Assembly: GCA_036477195.1 (NCBI GenBank)
Contig: JAZGCZ010000033.1
Coordinates: forward strand, 3,357-67,356
DNA from: Anaerolineales bacterium
Lineage (GTDB): Bacteria; Chloroflexota; Anaerolineae; Anaerolineales; E44-bin32
Direction: 5' to 3'
DNA: 64,000 nt
A program made the position numbers and the translations under genes. Below the pieces are notes generated by a model that worked only from the letters and a program-made list of their open reading frames with translations, had not been told where the DNA came from and ran no database searches. Position 1 is the first letter of the stretch. Each line of letters opens with the position of its first letter. This document shows positions 17,833 to 26,832 of the stretch, one piece after another.

Positions 17833-19266
17833 TTACGGGCTCAAATTGGCCAATCCAGCTATTGCCTGCGACACCCACGGAATTGCCAGTTGCGGGAAGA
17901 TCCCCCATAGCAGACAAGCGCCGCCCATGAAGGTTATGGCCACCCTCCCAGCTGCACGCGGTCCGATTTCCGCATCAGCCGCTTGTGGTTCGATTTCCGC
18001 ACCAGAACCTTGCGGATCTATATCCGCTTCAGCCGGTCCAGATTCAAACAGTACGCGTGTCCACCTTAACACGGCCCAGAGGATGGCAAGCATGCTGACC
18101 ACCATGAGCACTGCACCTATAGGGGAGCTTTCTGATAACTGCGCCAGTAAGGTCCAGCGCCAAGGAAATCCGGCGGTCAGTGGTTGTCCCGCCAAACTCA
18201 GCACGCCAAGTAAGGCCGCAGCGCTTGCGAACGGCGCCGCTCGACCGGCACCCTTCGAATATCCGCCCCTCGACATTAGGGCCGCCCCGAGACCCCAGAG
18301 CGCCAGGCTGATTACCCGCACACTAGTTAGACCAATGGCAATCCCGGTCCCGGTTTCTAGATCTGAGCCGATCGCCAGAAGTGAAACTCCAATGTCAGCC
18401 AACAACACGTAAACCGCGATCTTGAGGAATGATATTTGAGCGATCGCTACTACAGTCCCAAAAGCGATCATGAAAATCCCGGCGGCCTGGAGAGCCGATG
18501 AAATCAGAGGATCTGCGCGCATCCATGCAAAGTTATCCAAGAAACGCAGCAAGAAAAACATTCCCGAACTCTGCAAAATGATGGCAACAAAAGCCAATGA
18601 GTAGGGACTTACGCGCTCAGCGACACTGGGGAGCCAGTAATGGAACGGAGGCACAAACATGAGAATGACGAAACCTAGCCCCAGCAATAGGATCACTCGC
18701 AGCGCGAGCTCCGGCGTAACGCTTGTGACCCCAACGTTTTCAAGCAACCAGCCAGTAAAGAGAATGGCCATCATTGCCATTGAATAAAGAACTAACAGAT
18801 TAAGTATTCCCTTCTCGCTTCGGGAGCCGGGCGGGATCAAGATGAGCACACATGCCATCGCGGCGAGCTCGAGAAAGATGGCGGCAAACAGGAAGGGTTG
18901 AATAGTTAGCGCTCCGGCTAGCAATCCCAGTGAAATGAGCCCCGCGGGGACAAACGATCGGCCAGGGGCAACGGCCCAGCCCAAGCCGAAAAACAGGGCT
19001 CCAACCAGAAAAAGAAACCCTACGCCTGCACGGTTCTGGGGGTCGAGGCTCAGGGGCCTACCAAGGATCTGCCAGGTGCTGTCGAGCCTTAGCGGAATAC
19101 CCAGCAATGAGATGGCTTCATCCAGCGGGGCATAAAGAATGAACAGTCCGACCGTGGCCGTGGCTACACTTGCGATTACGAACGGCAAGTAGGTTTTGCG
19201 CCTTAAGACGAGGGTTAATATTGCAAGAAGAGCGAGCAGGATGAATACAAGCGCGAGCGCGCTCAT
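17833..19266 (-). CDS. Polytopic membrane protein, NuoN/MrpD-like (proton-conducting antiporter-like family)
   Basis: 477 aa with at least 12 hydrophobic segments. Motifs PPFHYWLPSVAE and LSLAGQPLTAGF resemble the PFHxWxPD and SLAGxPPxxGF hallmarks of NuoL/M/N and MrpA/D subunits. Confidence 0.6.
   Translation of the reverse strand: MSALALVFILLALLAILTLVLRRKTYLPFVIASVATATVGLFILYAPLDEAISLLGIPLRLDSTWQILGRPLSLDPQNRAGVGFLFLVGALFFGLGWAVAPGRSFVPAGLISLGLLAGALTIQPFLFAAIFLELAAMACVLILIPPGSRSEKGILNLLVLYSMAMMAILFTGWLLENVGVTSVTPELALRVILLLGLGFVILMFVPPFHYWLPSVAERVSPYSLAFVAIILQSSGMFFLLRFLDNFAWMRADPLISSALQAAGIFMIAFGTVVAIAQISFLKIAVYVLLADIGVSLLAIGSDLETGTGIAIGLTSVRVISLALWGLGAALMSRGGYSKGAGRAAPFASAAALLGVLSLAGQPLTAGFPWRWTLLAQLSESSPIGAVLMVVSMLAILWAVLRWTRVLFESGPAEADIDPQGSGAEIEPQAADAEIGPRAAGRVAITFMGGACLLWGIFPQLAIPWVSQAIAGLANLSP
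17965..18045 (-). repeat. In-frame 3 x 27-bp tandem repeat near the C-terminus of the NuoN-like protein
   Basis: Units are 17965-17991, 17992-18018 and 18019-18045. They encode ...AEADIDPQGSGAEIEPQAADAEIGPRAAG. Confidence 0.7.
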
Positions 19267-19841
19267 TCTCCCCCTTCTGCTAGCCCGGAAGGCCGTGCCA
19301 CAAGCGTCAGATAGCTCACCACCATTGCCAGTCCAATGTGAACGCTAGCCAGTAAGGCCAATATTGCCAGAGCTGGCTCAATCACGGCATAAGCAATTTC
19401 GAATCCACTAAGCAGCGTGATTAGCCCGATGCATACTCGCAGTGGGGTGCGGAACAATCCCAGCTGCAGCAATCCCATCGACATTAAGATGGATGCGGCC
19501 ATGATCGCTTCGGGCCGGATATCCGGGATTCCCATCCAATTGGTTTGCCCTATTCCGAAAGCCGCTCCCATGATCAAGATCGCGGCAATCCCTCGAAAAG
19601 CCGTACCTGAAACCGACTCGTTGCGCGGTCGGCTTCCCGCCACAGTTAGTGCCAGCACACCGCAGGCGATCATGCCGGCCACCACTTTAACGGCCGCTAC
19701 TTGGGGTGGAAGTGCCAGCGAACTGAGCCAAGCCACCGAGGCGTATTGGGCTGCCAGGACTGCGATTTGAAGCCCAGGGCGTTCCACAGCAACCAGCGCG
19801 AAGGCGGTAGCTGCAACCAAGACCACCGGAACCCAGTTCAT
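19263..19841 (-). CDS. Polytopic membrane protein (about 6 TM), unknown function
   Basis: 192 aa and highly hydrophobic. ATGA overlaps link it to both the upstream gene (19838-19841) and the downstream gene (19263-19266). Confidence 0.55.
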   Translation of the reverse strand: MNWVPVVLVAATAFALVAVERPGLQIAVLAAQYASVAWLSSLALPPQVAAVKVVAGMIACGVLALTVAGSRPRNESVSGTAFRGIAAILIMGAAFGIGQTNWMGIPDIRPEAIMAASILMSMGLLQLGLFRTPLRVCIGLITLLSGFEIAYAVIEPALAILALLASVHIGLAMVVSYLTLVARPSGLAEGGE

Positions 19842-21151
19842 GCAATCACTACCTGCAGCCCTACAATCACGATTAAAACAACAAGCAGAATCCAGAGCAC
19901 AGCACTCTCGCCCTCCAGTACATCGGCGATGATGCGGACCGAGGTCGCCAGAGATTCGGAAACTGCCTTGCCGGCGTTTCTCACTTCTTCAAGCAGGGGT
20001 CGAGCGGGAATCAGCGTCTGAGAAAGCGCGGGCCACGAACGGGCGATCGCATAACCCGCGCTCATTCCCGCCGCTGCAGATAATGCGCCCACAAGGCTAG
20101 GCAGCCACTCGGACCTCATCGCTGCCCAGACCGCAGCGACCAAAAGCACCGCAATCGCCAGGGCTTCCAATCGGTTGGGAGGCCATTCGCGGCTGGCAAA
20201 AGGCAGCCATCGGGAGATTATTGCCAGACCCAACGTCGCAAGAGTCGCGAGCAGCCATATCCCAGGATCCGATGTGGCCGATAGAAACGCAGACGGAATT
20301 ATCGCCACGGCAATCCAAGCAATGCGGGAGCCTCCCGCTTGACTAAGTCCAAGTGTTGCCACGAGCACCGCTGCAAGGGCTGTCCAGACCACAACTTGCG
20401 CCTCCGGCGGAACTAGGACCCCAGCACCTGTTAGCGCGAGAGCGAGCGAACTTAAGCGCGGTATGAAAATCAGCGATTGAATAAGGGCAACGGCGATGGC
20501 TCCGGCTCCAATCCACAAACTCATCGATGCATCGGCGGATGATTGGCTGATCACCGCCAGCGCCCCTAGCGGAGCCAATATTGCCAAGCTAAATGGGAAT
20601 TGTTCCTCCGCGCCGCCGGTAGACCGAATCAGCACGGCAAGTACCAGGAGGGTGGCGGCGCCTCCCCCAAGGGAGACCGCCGCCAGAACAGCCGCAACTG
20701 CAATAAATTGGATAGCGGCCTTACGCATTGCGTTTTCGAGTTCAGCTGCGTTTCTCATTCGAAGCACTGTTTCCAACAGAATCATCACGGTCCAAAGCAT
20801 GGCAATCGTGAGCAGGCTTCCCCCCGCGATTGCAGCCAGCGAAATACCTGAGTAGAGCAGTCTGACGGAGCTTCGTCCGTCCAGAAGTGCCTCTGCGAAG
20901 ATCGCGGCCGACGCGAGCAAGAGGAATGGCCAAACCGCATTGTCAACAGAAAAGACGAAGCCGAGGCCAAAAAACTCGATTGGCCGCCACAGCGCAACAA
21001 TCGTCTCTGTCGGCAGTTGTGTGGAGAGGGCCGCAGCGGCCGCAAAGGCAATTCCGGCGCTGACTATCGACACGGTTCGCATCCTTCGGCCGCGCAGGAG
21101 AGCGATTATTATTGTGCCTGAAATGAGTGTTAAGCTGGGGAATAGCGCCAA
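19838..21151 (-). CDS. Polytopic membrane protein (at least 10 TM), unknown function
   Basis: 437 aa, Ala/Leu-rich and hydrophobic. It is the first gene of the translationally coupled trio. Confidence 0.55.
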   Translation of the reverse strand: MALFPSLTLISGTIIIALLRGRRMRTVSIVSAGIAFAAAAALSTQLPTETIVALWRPIEFFGLGFVFSVDNAVWPFLLLASAAIFAEALLDGRSSVRLLYSGISLAAIAGGSLLTIAMLWTVMILLETVLRMRNAAELENAMRKAAIQFIAVAAVLAAVSLGGGAATLLVLAVLIRSTGGAEEQFPFSLAILAPLGALAVISQSSADASMSLWIGAGAIAVALIQSLIFIPRLSSLALALTGAGVLVPPEAQVVVWTALAAVLVATLGLSQAGGSRIAWIAVAIIPSAFLSATSDPGIWLLATLATLGLAIISRWLPFASREWPPNRLEALAIAVLLVAAVWAAMRSEWLPSLVGALSAAAGMSAGYAIARSWPALSQTLIPARPLLEEVRNAGKAVSESLATSVRIIADVLEGESAVLWILLVVLIVIVGLQVVIA

Positions 21152-21207
21152 GACTGTCTCTCGAGGCTGATCAAGAATACCATGCGGGAGGGCCTAAAAC
21201 CCTCGCG

Positions 21208-21216
21208 TGCTATACT
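21208..21216 (+). promoter_or_regulatory. Candidate extended -10 promoter (TGcTATACT) for the MOSC gene
   Basis: TG at 21208-21209 and TATACT at 21211-21216, 22 nt before the ATG at 21239. Confidence 0.3.
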
Positions 21217-21238
21217 TGGGCGCGTTTTTCACAGGCAG

Positions 21239-21697
21239 ATGGGCAAAGTAGTCAACCTTTTTCTAAAAACACAGTCTGGGAAGCCAATGACGGCAGTCAC
21301 CGCTCTGACGGCCGTCACAGGTAAAGGCTTTGTGGGAGACGCTTCGTATGGGAAACGCAAGCGACAGGTGCTTCTTATTGATTCGGAAACGCTGATTGAT
21401 TTAAAACTCAATCCTGGCGACGCACGAGAGAACATAACGCTTGTAGATTTTGAGCTTGCTCGACTCTCTTCCCGTGATCAATTGATGGTTGGCGAAATCC
21501 TGTTAGCGGTGACAGGTCCTTGCGCGCCGTGCAAGCAATTGGATGAATTACGGCCCGGCCTTAGGTCTGACATCGAGGGGAGACGCGGCGTTTTGGCCAC
21601 GGTCATACGCGGAGGCGAGCTGAAGGTTAGTGACCCAATCTCTCTCGTTCAGGGCGAACCTGCCGCAGCCGCGCCAAGTGGTACGCTCTCCATATAA
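21239..21697 (+). CDS. MOSC domain protein
   Basis: MGKVVNLFLK...GKGFVGD...RQVLLIDSETL...GENITL-like...GPCAPCKQL fits the MOSC beta-barrel pattern with its conserved Cys. I preferred the internal ATG to the track start at 21182. Confidence 0.75.
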   Translation: MGKVVNLFLKTQSGKPMTAVTALTAVTGKGFVGDASYGKRKRQVLLIDSETLIDLKLNPGDARENITLVDFELARLSSRDQLMVGEILLAVTGPCAPCKQLDELRPGLRSDIEGRRGVLATVIRGGELKVSDPISLVQGEPAAAAPSGTLSI

Positions 21698-21723
21698 CTG
21701 CAATTCAATGAGGAATAAACATA

Positions 21724-23790
21724 GTGGATGACTGGGTCGGCCGCGTCCTTTCAAAGGTGCGGATTGAGAAGCTGATCGGCCGCGGGGGCATGGCGGACGT
21801 CTATGTCGGGCGCCACACAACCCTCAATCATCCGATGGCCGTGAAGATCCTCCATTCACACATGACGGTCAATCCGGATCTTCGACGCCGTTTTCGTGAC
21901 GAGGCACAAGCCGTCGCCGCTCTTCGCCATCCCAACATCGTCCAAGTCATCGACTTTGATGTGATTGACGATCGACCCTATATTGTCATGGAGCTGCTGG
22001 AGGGGATGCCACTCAACGAGTATTTGCACGATCTCCATGCCATGGGCCACACGCTGCCATTCGACACAGTCACCCGGCTGATGACCTCGTTGACCGCCGC
22101 TCTAGACTACGCCCACAATCGCCAGATTGTTCACCGCGACGTGAAGCCGGCCAACATTATTTTGAGAGCCGGAGAAACTGCCATTAAATCTCAGATGCCT
22201 CTGGCTCCGGATGTCGAACCGGTATTGACAGACTTCGGAATTGCCCGGATAGCGACCTCAACGTCGGCAACCGCATCTGGAACCATATTGGGTACTCCAG
22301 CCTACATGAGCCCGGAGCAGGTGCGAGGAGAACCGGTCGATCGGCGATCCGATATCTACGCACTGGGAATTATTTTGTACGAAGTTCTGGCCGGAAAGCT
22401 GCCATTCAATCCCGAGACCGATACTCCCGCATCGATTCTTTATAAGCATGTCAACGAGCCTCCGCCAGTTGTCCCGAACGTTTCCCCACCCATCCAGCGC
22501 ATTGTTGAGAAGGCCCTGGCGAAGGATAAGGACGCACGCTACCAACAGGCCGGGGAGCTTGCAGCAGACCTTGTAGTTGCCATAAAATCGGATGCCGCTC
22601 CGGTTGCAGCTGCACCAGCAGTAACCGCTGTCGCAGCCCCTCCCCCTCCTCAAGCTGCGGCTCCCAAACCTGGCGAGCCCGAACGCAAGTTGCGTCCCTC
22701 GTTTGCCTTGATCGCAGGAATCATATTTGGCGCCATTGTTCTGGTGGGGGGTGTGGTAGTTGGAAGTCAGCTAGTAGGAGGATCCGAGGACGAGCCCGCC
22801 AATGGCCAAGCCGGATCTACTGAGGTTGCCGAGGTCGTAGCCAGTGAGGTCGTGGCACCAGCTGCGACTGCGGTCCCCGACGTGGTAGCTACCGCCTCGG
22901 TGCCTCAGAGTGGACCGGTATCAGCGGTCGTCATACGAGACAGCAACCTGGAAGCCCAAATCCCGGGCGTTGATACGCCGTCCGCCGGACAGACGTATCA
23001 CGCATGGCTATTAGGTGAAGAAGGTGTCTTGCCGTTGCATCTCAACCGGACCGGCATCGTCGATCTCTTAGGAGATGACTTGATTGTTTCCTTCGACCAT
23101 CCCAATGGGGTGAATCTTCTCGCTGAATATGAGCAGTTTGTAATCAGCCTCGAGGAGGAGGGAAGCCTGCTTGCTCAGCCCACAATGATTGAATATGAAG
23201 CAGCCTTTGATTCCACTGCTATACGACTGGTGCGGCTCGCTGACGAGGTAAAGGGGAGAACCCCCGTTCTCCAGAATCTTAGTTCCTGGGTGCCGGCACA
23301 AGCGCGTCACTTCTTCCAACATGCCGGCCTGGTGCTTAGCGCGGTCGAGAATGAGAATTTCCCTAGCGCGAAGACTCACCTGGAACACAGCATCAATATC
23401 ACCGAGGGCAAAACGGGCGAGCTTTTCGGCGATTGGGACGGTGACAACAGCGCCGTAAATCCAGGTGATGCGGTCGGCCTGGTCCCGTATTTGAAATTAA
23501 TTCAAACAGCTGCCGAAGGTGGAGCAAAAGCAGAGATCCTTCGTGGTGGATCCGGGGAGTCAGGCAATGCGATCGCCGATCGCGCAGACGAGATTGGCCG
23601 TCTGCTCTTCGATGCCCGAGAGACCATTCGCCAGATGTTGCTGGTTGACAGCCTAGCCGATATATCCGCATTCGCCCTGGATTCGGATCTAGCCTCACAG
23701 CGTGAAGTGAGGACGCTGATCGATCAACTGATAGCGGATTCCCAGGGGGTTGGTCTGGCATTTGCTTTCGATATCTTCGCTAGCGAGTAA
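21724..23790 (+). CDS. Receptor-type Hanks Ser/Thr protein kinase (kinase, Ala/Pro linker, TM, large extracytoplasmic domain)
   Basis: 688 aa with a GTG start. It has IGRGGMADVY, AVKIL, HRDVKPANIIL, DFGIA, and one TM (FALIAGIIFGAIVLVGGVVVG). The roughly 330-aa C-terminal domain is of unknown fold. Confidence 0.9.
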   Translation: MDDWVGRVLSKVRIEKLIGRGGMADVYVGRHTTLNHPMAVKILHSHMTVNPDLRRRFRDEAQAVAALRHPNIVQVIDFDVIDDRPYIVMELLEGMPLNEYLHDLHAMGHTLPFDTVTRLMTSLTAALDYAHNRQIVHRDVKPANIILRAGETAIKSQMPLAPDVEPVLTDFGIARIATSTSATASGTILGTPAYMSPEQVRGEPVDRRSDIYALGIILYEVLAGKLPFNPETDTPASILYKHVNEPPPVVPNVSPPIQRIVEKALAKDKDARYQQAGELAADLVVAIKSDAAPVAAAPAVTAVAAPPPPQAAAPKPGEPERKLRPSFALIAGIIFGAIVLVGGVVVGSQLVGGSEDEPANGQAGSTEVAEVVASEVVAPAATAVPDVVATASVPQSGPVSAVVIRDSNLEAQIPGVDTPSAGQTYHAWLLGEEGVLPLHLNRTGIVDLLGDDLIVSFDHPNGVNLLAEYEQFVISLEEEGSLLAQPTMIEYEAAFDSTAIRLVRLADEVKGRTPVLQNLSSWVPAQARHFFQHAGLVLSAVENENFPSAKTHLEHSINITEGKTGELFGDWDGDNSAVNPGDAVGLVPYLKLIQTAAEGGAKAEILRGGSGESGNAIADRADEIGRLLFDARETIRQMLLVDSLADISAFALDSDLASQREVRTLIDQLIADSQGVGLAFAFDIFASE

Positions 23791-23813
23791 GATCCTCGCC
23801 ACTACCCAGACTA

Positions 23814-23843
23814 TTTACAATTCATGCCCAGGTGATCTAGAAT
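23814..23843 (+). promoter_or_regulatory. Candidate sigma70-type promoter for the caspase-FGE gene
   Basis: TTTACA (23814-23819), an 18-nt spacer, then TAGAAT (23838-23843). Confidence 0.3.
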
Positions 23844-23954
23844 GCGGTTGGCCTGAGCAACTAACTTCAACTTCCACGAGCCAACAAATTAGATGAGACG
23901 CATCCAGCAGATCGCGTGGTGAGTTAACCCGGATTCAAGGCTTATACAATTTCA

Positions 23955-26636
23955 ATGTCTAAGCGAACCGCCCTTCTGATTCTGAACTCCAAGTATGTTG
24001 ATCCTGGGATCGCGAAGCTGCCCCGCCCCCAGGCCAAGCTCGAGACTCTTTCAAGTGTGCTCTCTTCGCCGCAGGCAGGCGACTTTGAAGTCGCCCTGCT
24101 GCGGAACGAAAATGTTCAATCCCTGCGGGAGCTGATTGTTAGATCTTTCAAAGATCAACAAGAGGAGGACGTACTCCTCGTCCACTATGCGGGACACGCT
24201 CTGCAGGATAAGTTTGGCAGCATGTACCTCGCTGCCTCAGATACGCGTGCCGATGTCTTGGACGCAACTGGGCTGCCCCTACGTCTGCTCCGCGATCAGA
24301 TCGATCGCACCCGATCCAACCGGACGCTCGTCATTCTGGACTGCCCGACGGTCGCGACCTACTCTGGAGCTCGAGAGATTCTCGGGAGCACTTCCGCAAT
24401 CCTGGAGGCGCTGGAAGGTGACAGGCGGGGTCGCATGATCATCGCCGCGAGCGACATCGTGAGCGGTGCCCTGGAGGGCGAGCAAGTTTTTGGTGATGCG
24501 GCGGCGAGCTCACTGAGCCAGCTGTTTAGTGCGGGCCTGGCGGAGGGCGAAGCCGATCTAAACAGCGATGGGCAAATCAGTGCCCAAGAGCTCTACGAAT
24601 TCATTTATCGCCAGTCGCTATCCAGAGAACCCTCAAAACCGATGCCTCGAAAATTCGAGAGCTCGGATTTAGGGCCGCTCAGGATCGCAAAGAATCCAGT
24701 TTTGCAGCCGGCGGATCTACCAGACGAGGTAAAGATTGCGATGGCCAGCCCGCTGGCCTGGATGCGTGAGGGCGCGATCGGCGAATTGGAGCGGCTGCTC
24801 ACCAGCGAGGACAAGAGCGTCTCACATGCGGCCTACGAGGCGCTGACCAGCCTATCAAGCGATCCTACTCCGCAGATATCCGAATCGGCCACGGCGATGT
24901 TGCACTCTTATGCCGCGTCACACGGTTCCATGGAAATTGAGGCTCCCGCTCAGACTCCACCTTCATTAACGACCCGCGGCCCTCGGGTGCCCCTTTGGGG
25001 ATGGGTCGGTGGCGCAATAGTGCTGCTGTTCGGTGTGGGTGTCGTAGCTGGCCTGGCGGGAGTTTTTGGGAAACAGACTGCGGCACCGCTGCCCACCTCA
25101 ACCGCCGAAACACCAACCGCAACGGTTGCGCCGCCTGTGGCGACTGCTGCCGAGCCGCCCACTCCCCCACCCACGCTCGCGATCGAAGTACCAGCGCTCC
25201 CCTCATCGCTTGGCATGGCTCCTGTTCCAGGCGGGACTTATCCGATCGCGCAGGACCGGGCTATTAATGTTGGAGACTACTGGATCGATCGGTTCGAGAT
25301 AACAAATGAAGCCTTCGCAGAGTACCTGGCTGAAACCGGGCAGCCGCTACCTCGCTATTGGGCCGATCAGAATATTCCCAGCCAAATGGCGGATCATCCA
25401 GTGCGCGTTGTGCCGTGGGACCAGGCGCAGGCGTATTGTGAGTGGGCGGGCAAACGTTTGCCCTCCGAAGCGGAATGGGAAATTGCAGCCCGAGGCAAAG
25501 ACGCCCTTCCATATCCTTGGGGAGAGGATTCCGAGGTGCTTACTATTCCCTCTAGCGGCACCTATGCAGTTGGTTCCATTCTTGCCAATCGAAGCACATT
25601 TGGGGCTTTCGATATGGCCGGCAACGTATGGGAGTGGGTTGGCGAGCCCTATCTGCCAATCGAGCAAGGGCAGCGGGTGCTCCGGGGCGGTGCCAATAAC
25701 TTTCAGAATGACATGACTTACCGGCTCATTGGCGCGCCGGATGCAAGCTCAATGATCAACGACTCCGGCTTCAGGTGCGCCTCGAGCTCGGCAGAGCCAG
25801 CAATCGATCGAAACCTGCTTCTAGTCGACGAGTTCGCGGATGTATTGAGCGGCTGGTACCAGGCTGCGGCGCCTATTGATGAATACTTCTACGGCTATCA
25901 TCCGACCGACTTCTATCACGTTCAGGTGAGCTCCCCTGAGAACTGTCTAGCGGTCAGGCACGATCTTCCGCTCAACGATTTCATCGCGGACGTCGATATT
26001 TTCAAAGCTAAGACCGAAACAGAAGATGGCGACTGGCGACATGGCCTGGTAATTCGGGAAGGGGACGGTGAATTCTATGCGTTCTTGATATCACCCATCT
26101 CGAAGGAGTGGCAAATTGTCAAGAACAGCCTGGGGGGGATCAACATCCTTGACCAGGGGTTGCAGCAGAGCATTCGCGGTCAGACCCAAGATGAGCGGGA
26201 TCGCATGACGATTATTGCTAACGGCCCTGAACTTAGCTTGGCTATAAACGGCCGGCTGGTCAGTAGGATCTTTGATGACAGCTTCCGAGAAGGCAACCTC
26301 GGCTTTATCGTCCAGACCATCGATCAACCTAATGCGCACATTCACTTCGATCGAATCTCCGTAAGAAACCTTCCCAATAGCGCCACGGTGCCTCAAATTC
26401 CGGAATCGGCTCCTTCTCCCGCGCGTTTTGACGGCCCGGCTTGTGGCGGCGCTGTCACTGGGGATGAGCTGCTTCAGAGCTTCTTCACCTACACAGTGCA
26501 GGAAGGCGATACGCTCTCCGGTATCGCTAATCTTTTTGGATTATCCCTGGCTGAAGTCAAGGGAGCCAACGGGCGCAGAATCACAGATCCCAATGTCATA
26601 TCAGTTGGCCAGGTGCTCATTATCCCCGAGGGATGA
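23955..26636 (+). CDS. Multidomain protein: caspase-like (peptidase C14) / HEAT-like / TM / FGE-sulfatase (SUMF1-like) / beta-domain / LysM
   Basis: 893 aa. The caspase dyad context is LLVHYAGHA and LVILDCP. One TM is present (WGWVGGAIVLLFGVGVVAGLAGV). FGE-sulfatase motifs are YWIDRFEITNEAF, HPVRVVPWDQAQAYCEWAGKRLPSEAEWE, GNVWEWV, RVLRGG and FRC. The C-terminal LysM is YTVQEGDTLSGIANLFGLSLAEVKGANG...VGQVLIIP. Confidence 0.8.
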   Translation: MSKRTALLILNSKYVDPGIAKLPRPQAKLETLSSVLSSPQAGDFEVALLRNENVQSLRELIVRSFKDQQEEDVLLVHYAGHALQDKFGSMYLAASDTRADVLDATGLPLRLLRDQIDRTRSNRTLVILDCPTVATYSGAREILGSTSAILEALEGDRRGRMIIAASDIVSGALEGEQVFGDAAASSLSQLFSAGLAEGEADLNSDGQISAQELYEFIYRQSLSREPSKPMPRKFESSDLGPLRIAKNPVLQPADLPDEVKIAMASPLAWMREGAIGELERLLTSEDKSVSHAAYEALTSLSSDPTPQISESATAMLHSYAASHGSMEIEAPAQTPPSLTTRGPRVPLWGWVGGAIVLLFGVGVVAGLAGVFGKQTAAPLPTSTAETPTATVAPPVATAAEPPTPPPTLAIEVPALPSSLGMAPVPGGTYPIAQDRAINVGDYWIDRFEITNEAFAEYLAETGQPLPRYWADQNIPSQMADHPVRVVPWDQAQAYCEWAGKRLPSEAEWEIAARGKDALPYPWGEDSEVLTIPSSGTYAVGSILANRSTFGAFDMAGNVWEWVGEPYLPIEQGQRVLRGGANNFQNDMTYRLIGAPDASSMINDSGFRCASSSAEPAIDRNLLLVDEFADVLSGWYQAAAPIDEYFYGYHPTDFYHVQVSSPENCLAVRHDLPLNDFIADVDIFKAKTETEDGDWRHGLVIREGDGEFYAFLISPISKEWQIVKNSLGGINILDQGLQQSIRGQTQDERDRMTIIANGPELSLAINGRLVSRIFDDSFREGNLGFIVQTIDQPNAHIHFDRISVRNLPNSATVPQIPESAPSPARFDGPACGGAVTGDELLQSFFTYTVQEGDTLSGIANLFGLSLAEVKGANGRRITDPNVISVGQVLIIPEG

Positions 26637-26803
26637 GCGTCCTGAGCCGATCATCACCATCGCCCAAACGCTCCTGATCACAGCGCGATAACGCCCGAAC
26701 CCATCCGAACGTGATTTCCGTTGGCCAGGGGCTCATCATCCCCGAGGAATGAGCCCTGAGCCAATCATCACCATCGCCCAAACGCTCCTGATCACAGGGC
26801 GAT
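26589..26803 (+). repeat. Direct duplication (period 116 bp) of the 3' end of the LysM-protein gene plus downstream sequence
   Basis: Copy 1 is about 26589-26689 and includes the stop at 26634-26636. Copy 2 is about 26705-26803. Over the gttggcca...cgat core they differ by a few substitutions and a 2-bp indel. Copy 2 would encode ...ISVGQGLIIPEE* against the real ...ISVGQVLIIPEG*. Confidence 0.85.
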
Positions 26804-26823
26804 GAGCGCACCGAACGGACCGG

Positions 26824-26832
26824 TGCTATAAT
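26824..26832 (+). promoter_or_regulatory. Candidate extended -10 promoter (TGcTATAAT) upstream of the hisS leader
   Basis: TG at 26824-26825 and TATAAT at 26827-26832, about 150 nt before the hisS ATG. Confidence 0.4.

Noticed and set aside
17813-18412. Long antisense or overlapping track ORFs (also 46914..47540, 47654..48145, 28043..28450 over tRNA-His, 59773..60150 over tRNA-Asp, and 42193..43570 fragments).
   Set aside because: They lie opposite well-supported genes or RNAs. They have low-complexity, Arg/Pro/Ser-rich compositions typical of GC-rich antisense frames, and they carry no recognisable motifs.
26589-26803. A diversity-generating retroelement (VR at the gene 3' end, TR downstream); the protein contains an FGE/CLec-like fold typical of DGR targets.
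   Set aside because: There is no reverse transcriptase nearby, since hisS follows. The repeat covers the LysM end and the stop codon rather than the FGE domain. The mismatches (t/g, t/c, g/a, c/g and a 2-bp indel) are not adenine-specific.
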